Positions 57,949-64,000 of a stretch of DNA of 64,000 nucleotides are shown piece after piece. This DNA comes from Eledone cirrhosa (taxonomy: Eukaryota), in assembly GCA_964016885.1 (NCBI GenBank), contig OZ024761.1, positions 15,810,001-15,874,000 on the forward strand, given 5' to 3'. Under the pieces are notes generated by a model. That model saw only the letters and a list, made by a program, of their open reading frames with translations. It ran no database searches and was not told the DNA's origin. A program made the translations under genes and the position numbers. The stretch's first letter is position 1, and each line of letters begins with the position of its first letter.

Positions 57949-58357
57949 GATTCCTGAGTGGTGTCAGGGGTTAACCACAGCTGAAAAATGTACTAAATAG
58001 GTTGGTAGAGTATAGACATCTTTATTATATAAAGATTTAGGGATATATATATATAGACAGATACAAAAAATTAGAGGCAAAAATGCCTGAAGCGAGTGCT
58101 CAGCATTAAGTGCATATGGGCATGTGGTGTATACAAATAATAAGAAACAGCCAAGGGAGAGAACTTCTATAGCATGAACTTCTCCAAGTCTTTTGGAGCA
58201 ATTTAAGACAATGCAATGTGATATGACACTGTCTATGAGCCAATTTGGTGAAATATATATATATACGTATATATAAACAAAGGAAGTATGTTTGGAATAC
58301 GGTGAGGGAAGTTTAGAATTGAAATAGAGATAGAAGCTTCACCGTAACATTCCCTAA

Positions 58358-58550
58358 ATAATGGTTTCTGATTTCGGCACAAGGTCAGCAATTATCCCAG
58401 TGCATTACTGGTACTTTATTTTATCGATCCCGTAAGGATGAAAGACAAAGTTAACCTTGGCGGGATTTTGAACTCAGAATGCCAAGGGCCGTAACTCTAT
58501 CCGTCAAAGCATGGCGTCCGACCCTCTACCGATACTGCCAATCCGCCGCC
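58358..58550 (-). mobile_element. SINE family A copy
   Basis: Collinear with 1317-1502. Confidence 0.87.
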
Positions 58551-58635
58551 ATTTAATATAGTCTAATACTGGGGTATATAAATCCACCGAAAGGAAAAAG
58601 ATGGGTCCCATGTTACATTGAAGCTTCTATTTCTG

Positions 58636-58687
<52 letters not shown>

Positions 58688-59576
58688 GATGATGGCTGCA
58701 ACTCGATTTTGAGTAATGGTATCGCTTGATACTTCAGCATGAGCATCACGGACGTGAGAGAAATGACTGAAGCTAGTAGAACAGCAAAATAAAACAAGCA
58801 ACAAATAGTATTAGGTTATTTTTTTTTTAAATGCATAAAATGAAGGAAATTTTTTTTCTTTTTTGATGGCGAGTAAGGATTTAATATGAGGTAATGGTGG
58901 AACAGACTTGGTTATAGTCTGTGGAATGGCCAATATTAGAAGGAAAATTGTAACAAAGAAAACAGCAAATAGCTAATCTTTCTCCTTAGAGAGTCTGTAG
59001 AGGACCTAAAATGGTTGTGTTGCGTGAAAGTAGCAGAGATAAGAATGAAGACAAACTAGAGAGGAAGGTTTGGTGATTGATATATTCGGTGATATCTTAG
59101 TCAAAGATGATATGTATATATATATATATATGAGTGTGTGTATATATACATATACATATATATATATATATGTGTGTATATATGTATATATGTATATTGT
59201 ACTCTGTATTCTATTGGAACTTTACTTATTAACAAAATTCATCTGAAGATTGATTCGTGTCTCCTATAGCTTTACTAAAATCAATAGCTGATAATCAATG
59301 ATCAATTGCCGAGATTGATTTTTGCTATGGTTTATGAACCTGAAAGAAAACCTTTTCCACCTTCAAGTACGTATTTTTACCTAAATATTATGTGCTTTAT
59401 ATGTGTACAAAATACTAGGGCTTTCTCTAATGATATATGGCTCATTCTATCCCTCTTAATTTAAATTATTGATGCTCTGGACAAATGTCCATTGAGCTTT
59501 TCTACTGAGAAACATAAGCATCATACATAGTACATATATTGTGATACCTGAAATTAATATATATATGTATATATCA

Positions 59577-59935
59577 TTTCATCATTTCATTTCATTTTTT
59601 TTTTTTTTTTTTTTTTTTACGTCCACTTTTCCCTGCTTGCAGGGGTGGGACGGGAACTGATTCTGGCATGATTTCTACAGCTGGATGCCCTTCCTAACAC
59701 CAACCTCATTTACAGTGAGTGCTGGGTGCATTTTTGCCGTGGCACCTCCACGACCACTTTGCAGTGGAATGATAGGCACCCCAGTCCCTATCATCTCATT
59801 TCTACAGCTGAGTAAACTGGAGCAATGTGAAATAAAGTGTCTTGCTCAAGGAAACAACACATCACCCGGTCTGAGAATTGAACTCACAACCTTTCGATTG
59901 CAAGGCCAATGCTCTAACCACTAAGCCATGTGCTT
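59577..59935 (-). mobile_element. CORE-type SINE family B
   Basis: tRNA head, CORE-like segment and RTE tail. Confidence 0.9.
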
Positions 59936-60178
59936 CCATATATATATATATATATATAAAATATGGATGAAGACAGGAAAATGAACGAATATAGAGAGTA
60001 GTCCCATCTCATCAGTTGGCGGCCGCTAGAGATATGTTGTTTCGATGCTTTATGGTCAAAATGAGACGGGACTGTCTGTAACCATTCATTTTTCTCTCTT
60101 TGTCCATATTTTTTTATTTATTCGTATGGTTTTAGCTAAGCAGTATTCTCTTTTTTCAAATGTATATATATATATATA

Positions 60179-60496
60179 CAGTTGTCCCCTGGTATTCATG
60201 AGGGTTATGTTCATAGAGCACCCGCGAAGAGTCAAAAACTGCGAATACTGGTCCGTAAAAATGCCTATAAACATCAAAACATAATGTAAAATAGAGGCCA
60301 GCAAAGATGGTATATTGTTATTAATTTAGCGTTAAACAGCATGAAAAAATATATATTGCCACGAAAAAAGCCATAAAAAATCGTGGGAGATATTTATGAT
60401 TGCGTGAATATATACTCGTTTCTACAGACAATTATAAGTTAGGTTCTAAGGAAAATTCCGCGAATAACCAGGACCACGAATACTGGCGATACACTG
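60179..60496. mobile_element. Tigger/pogo-like (Tc1/mariner superfamily) MITE
   Basis: TA|CAGTTGTCCCCTGGTATTCATG ... CACGAATACTGGCGATACACTG|TA; imperfect TIRs with TA on both sides. Confidence 0.7.
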
Positions 60497-60697
60497 TATA
60501 TGTAAACACACACTCATATATATATATATATATGTATATATATAGTATTAAGGATACTATCTATGGTTAAGTATATACTAAAAGACAGTAATTTATTACT
60601 ACCATATTACCAGTAAGATAAATAGCTCAATGTAAATACATCTATATGTATATATATATGCATATATACACATATATATACACACACACGCATATAT

Positions 60698-60728
<31 letters not shown>

Positions 60729-60730
<2 letters not shown>

Positions 60731-60884
60731 GGAACAAGTATGACCCCGAAGATAGTAATTCCCATATAAGGTAATACCCCCCGAGAAGTTTGGTATTCAT
60801 TTACCAGGCTAAAAATTCTTATTTAGTCCAGAAATAGACGTTGAAACCGATTGAGCTCTGCCGTCGGGGTCATACTTGTTCCTA
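60729..60884. repeat. 21-bp perfect inverted repeat enclosing CGAAGA...GAAAC...GTC
   Basis: taggaacaagtatgaccccga and tcggggtcatacttgttccta; a related end is at ~40950-40980. Confidence 0.65.
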
Positions 60885-60980
60885 TTACCCACTCTACTAC
60901 CCTAAGTATTGAGTACTTTGGTGTGTTATGGTCCATCTGGTTCCTTACCACAATTCCTTCGTTATATATATATATATATA

Positions 60981-61417
<437 letters not shown>

Positions 61418-61639
61418 ATATATATATATATATATTTATGCATATATATCATCTTTGACCATAAAATTAGGGATGCCTTGAGAATAAATAAAAATAACAA
61501 CAATGTTCTGTGTATATGTGTCTGTGTAAACAGGTAAGAAAAATCAGGTGGGAACTAAGGGGAGTGTGTATGTGTATATGTCTGTATGAGTGTAATTGTA
61601 TATCTGTGTATATGTATTCATGTACATGTCTATATATGA

Positions 61640-61676
<37 letters not shown>

Positions 61677-62224
61677 ATGTGTGTGTATATTTATATTTGT
61701 GTGAGTGTATGTGTGTATATTTGTATATGTATATGTGTATATGTGTGTGTGTATGTATATGTTTGTGTATATATATATATCATCATCATATAATGTGTAT
61801 ATTTATATTTGTGTGAGTATATATGTGTATGTATGTATATGTGTATATGTATATGTGTGTGTATATGTGTATGTGTGTATGTATACGTGAATATGTGTGT
61901 GTGTATGTATATGTTTGTGTATATATATATATATCATCATCATCGTTTAACGTCTATCTTCCACGCTAGCATGTCCCACTTGAGGCAAGATTGGTCAGGT
62001 GACCGGGTCCCGCTCATATAGGACTGTCTGGCAGGTTTTCTACGGCTGGATGCCCTTCCTAACACCAACCACATTTACAGTGTGGACTGGGGGCTTTTTA
62101 CCGTGTTACCTACACGACCACATTACAGCGTGGACTGGGTATTTTTTTGTCGTGACACCTACATGACCTCTTTAGTTAGGATTGGATGTGTGTGTGTGTA
62201 TATGTATATGTTTGTGTGTATATG

Positions 62225-62255
<31 letters not shown>

Positions 62256-62343
62256 TTTTTTATGTATATGGTGTTTGTGTGTATATGTGTGTGTGAGAGA
62301 GTGTGTGTGTGCACAGGTGAAAAAACATGAGGAGGGAACTAAC

Positions 62344-62517
62344 AGGAGTCTGGAAGCAGGAGTGTAGCGCAGTCAGGAATGGATGTTTGGCCGATAATGC
62401 TAAAATTCGTTTCTCAGTCATTGTACATTCAACATCGTCATCATGTATTATGACGTCCTTCTTGAGTACTTTCACAGCGTAAACTTCATCTGTGTCCCGT
62501 CGTTCGGCTAACATCAC
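62344..62517 (-). CDS. PRKCE: Novel PKC exon (VMLAE...YAVKVLKKD...[14 protein letters not shown])
   Basis: 174 nt, tctcag acceptor, gttagt donor; carries the catalytic Lys. Confidence 0.96.
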
Positions 62518-62598
62518 CTGAGAAGAAAAAGACCAGGTGGAAATAGAAATAGAAAATAAAATAAAACATAAAATATTATCTATTTAATTAATTTAAAC

Positions 62599-62629
<31 letters not shown>

Positions 62630-63014
62630 GTCATCATCATCATCATCATCATTATGCTACTCATTGTCATCATTACTGCGTCATACTCAGCATTGCCAAA
62701 AAGAAAAAAAATGAATAAAATATTTTTTCTTCTTAACCGTTTAGCATTTAAACCGGCCTTATCCGGCTAGAATTCTCTCACCTCTTTCTGTTCAAACCAG
62801 CTGTAATCGGCTGCTCATACCAATGTTAAGGTATTGTCCTCAAATTCCTGTAGCTTCGATATCATGTGAGATAATTATATGAGATAAAGCCTTTACCATC
62901 AAAATACAATGGTAAATGCTAAAGGTTTAAATGTCCATATAGGGCTAGTAAGCCATGATGGACTAGGGTAAGTATGTAGTACATCTTACAGTTGAGAAAC
63001 AAAAAAAAAAAGCG

Positions 63015-63048
<34 letters not shown>

Positions 63049-63422
63049 AATTCAGCATCAGATATCTTTTTCGCCTTAACTCTCCTGCTCTGAGTCGGTG
63101 CTACAGTAAAGCCAGAGTCCTGGTGTTTCACCAGTGCAAGGTGCATACAATAGTCCACTACGATGATAAAAAGGTAGGGAGCCAATGTATCTCCCTGGAG
63201 CACTCCAGCCAGTATCTCAAAGAACTCTGTCATCCCATTGACATTGCACTCAGTGCTCCTGTGGGAGCCCCTACATGGACACACTGGAAGTGGAAGACCA
63301 AGGTTAACGTATGTTGATGCCCTCAGGACAGACACTGGTCTGTTAGAGACGCAGGACATGGCAGCGATAATGAGGCACAGAGTGAACTCGTCCATGGTTC
63401 TCGGGAATTTTACCCGCCCTAG
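63049..63422. mobile_element. 5'-inverted LINE insertion (RT fragment on -, 3' end on +)
   Basis: Minus: [25 protein letters not shown]...ISDAEF. Plus: [29 protein letters not shown]. Junction at ~63250. Confidence 0.8.
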
Positions 63423-63464
63423 AAATATATACACACACACATATATATATACACACACATATAC

Positions 63465-63495
<31 letters not shown>

Positions 63496-63554
63496 TACAT
63501 GTATATACACACATATATATATATATATTTCTACACACACACACACACATATAC

Positions 63555-63643
<89 letters not shown>

Positions 63644-63700
63644 AGCATATATATACACAAAAAGGATGTTTTTTTAAGTGCGGAGATTGGTTTGACATAC

Positions 63701-63912
63701 CTTACCAAAACTGCCTTTACCCAATACTTTAATAAAATGGAAATCGTTTAGTACAAATCGCTCTCGTTTGGACCGTTCCTGAGATGGACTTCGGTTGGAT
63801 CTTGGATGGTGGTGGTGGTGGTGGTGGTGGTGGTGGTGGTGGTCATCACGGGCTTCGAGATTCTCTCCGGACATTCTAATAGCACGCTCCATGTCCATAT
63901 CATAGTCAGAGT
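63701..63912 (-). CDS. PRKCE: Novel PKC exon: hinge with poly-His plus kinase start ([15 protein letters not shown]); upstream exons lie outside the window
   Basis: G-loop; donor gtatgt at 63700. The acceptor gtttag at 63913 is inferred from the preceding CT tract. Confidence 0.88.
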
Positions 63913-64000
63913 CTAAACAGTGTTGCAGAGAGAGAGAGAGAAATACAACTGTGTATCATTGGATAAGATGAGTGGATGACTTAGAAGTGGGGAATAGGGT

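Overview
Repeat-rich metazoan genomic DNA. The SINE/RTE repertoire and very high microsatellite load suggest a coleoid cephalopod such as Octopus; this is inference only. Two host genes lie on the minus strand. The first is the last seven coding exons of a novel-class protein kinase C (PKC epsilon/eta, Aplysia Apl II-like; 63912->51493), with a 12-His tract in the hinge. The second is one large coding exon (TM1-TM6) of a GPR153/GPR162-like class A GPCR (18368->17601), whose TM7 exon I could not find in the window. Downstream of that exon is a 12.2-kb array of about 271 indel-free 45-bp units derived from a SINE core. It is fused to six 62-bp units derived from an RTE LINE 3' end, and the block is bracketed by a ~230-bp inverted duplication. 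The intergenic region carries several minimal type I hammerhead ribozyme motifs. Three have intact cores, two of these show compensatory base changes, and several degenerate ones sit inside inverted repeats typical of Penelope-like element ends. Also present are RTE LINEs (one with an uninterrupted 5'-truncated RT ORF, one 5'-inverted), many tRNA-derived SINEs, MITEs, hairpins and a local duplication. All alignments and folds were done by eye; no database searches were run.
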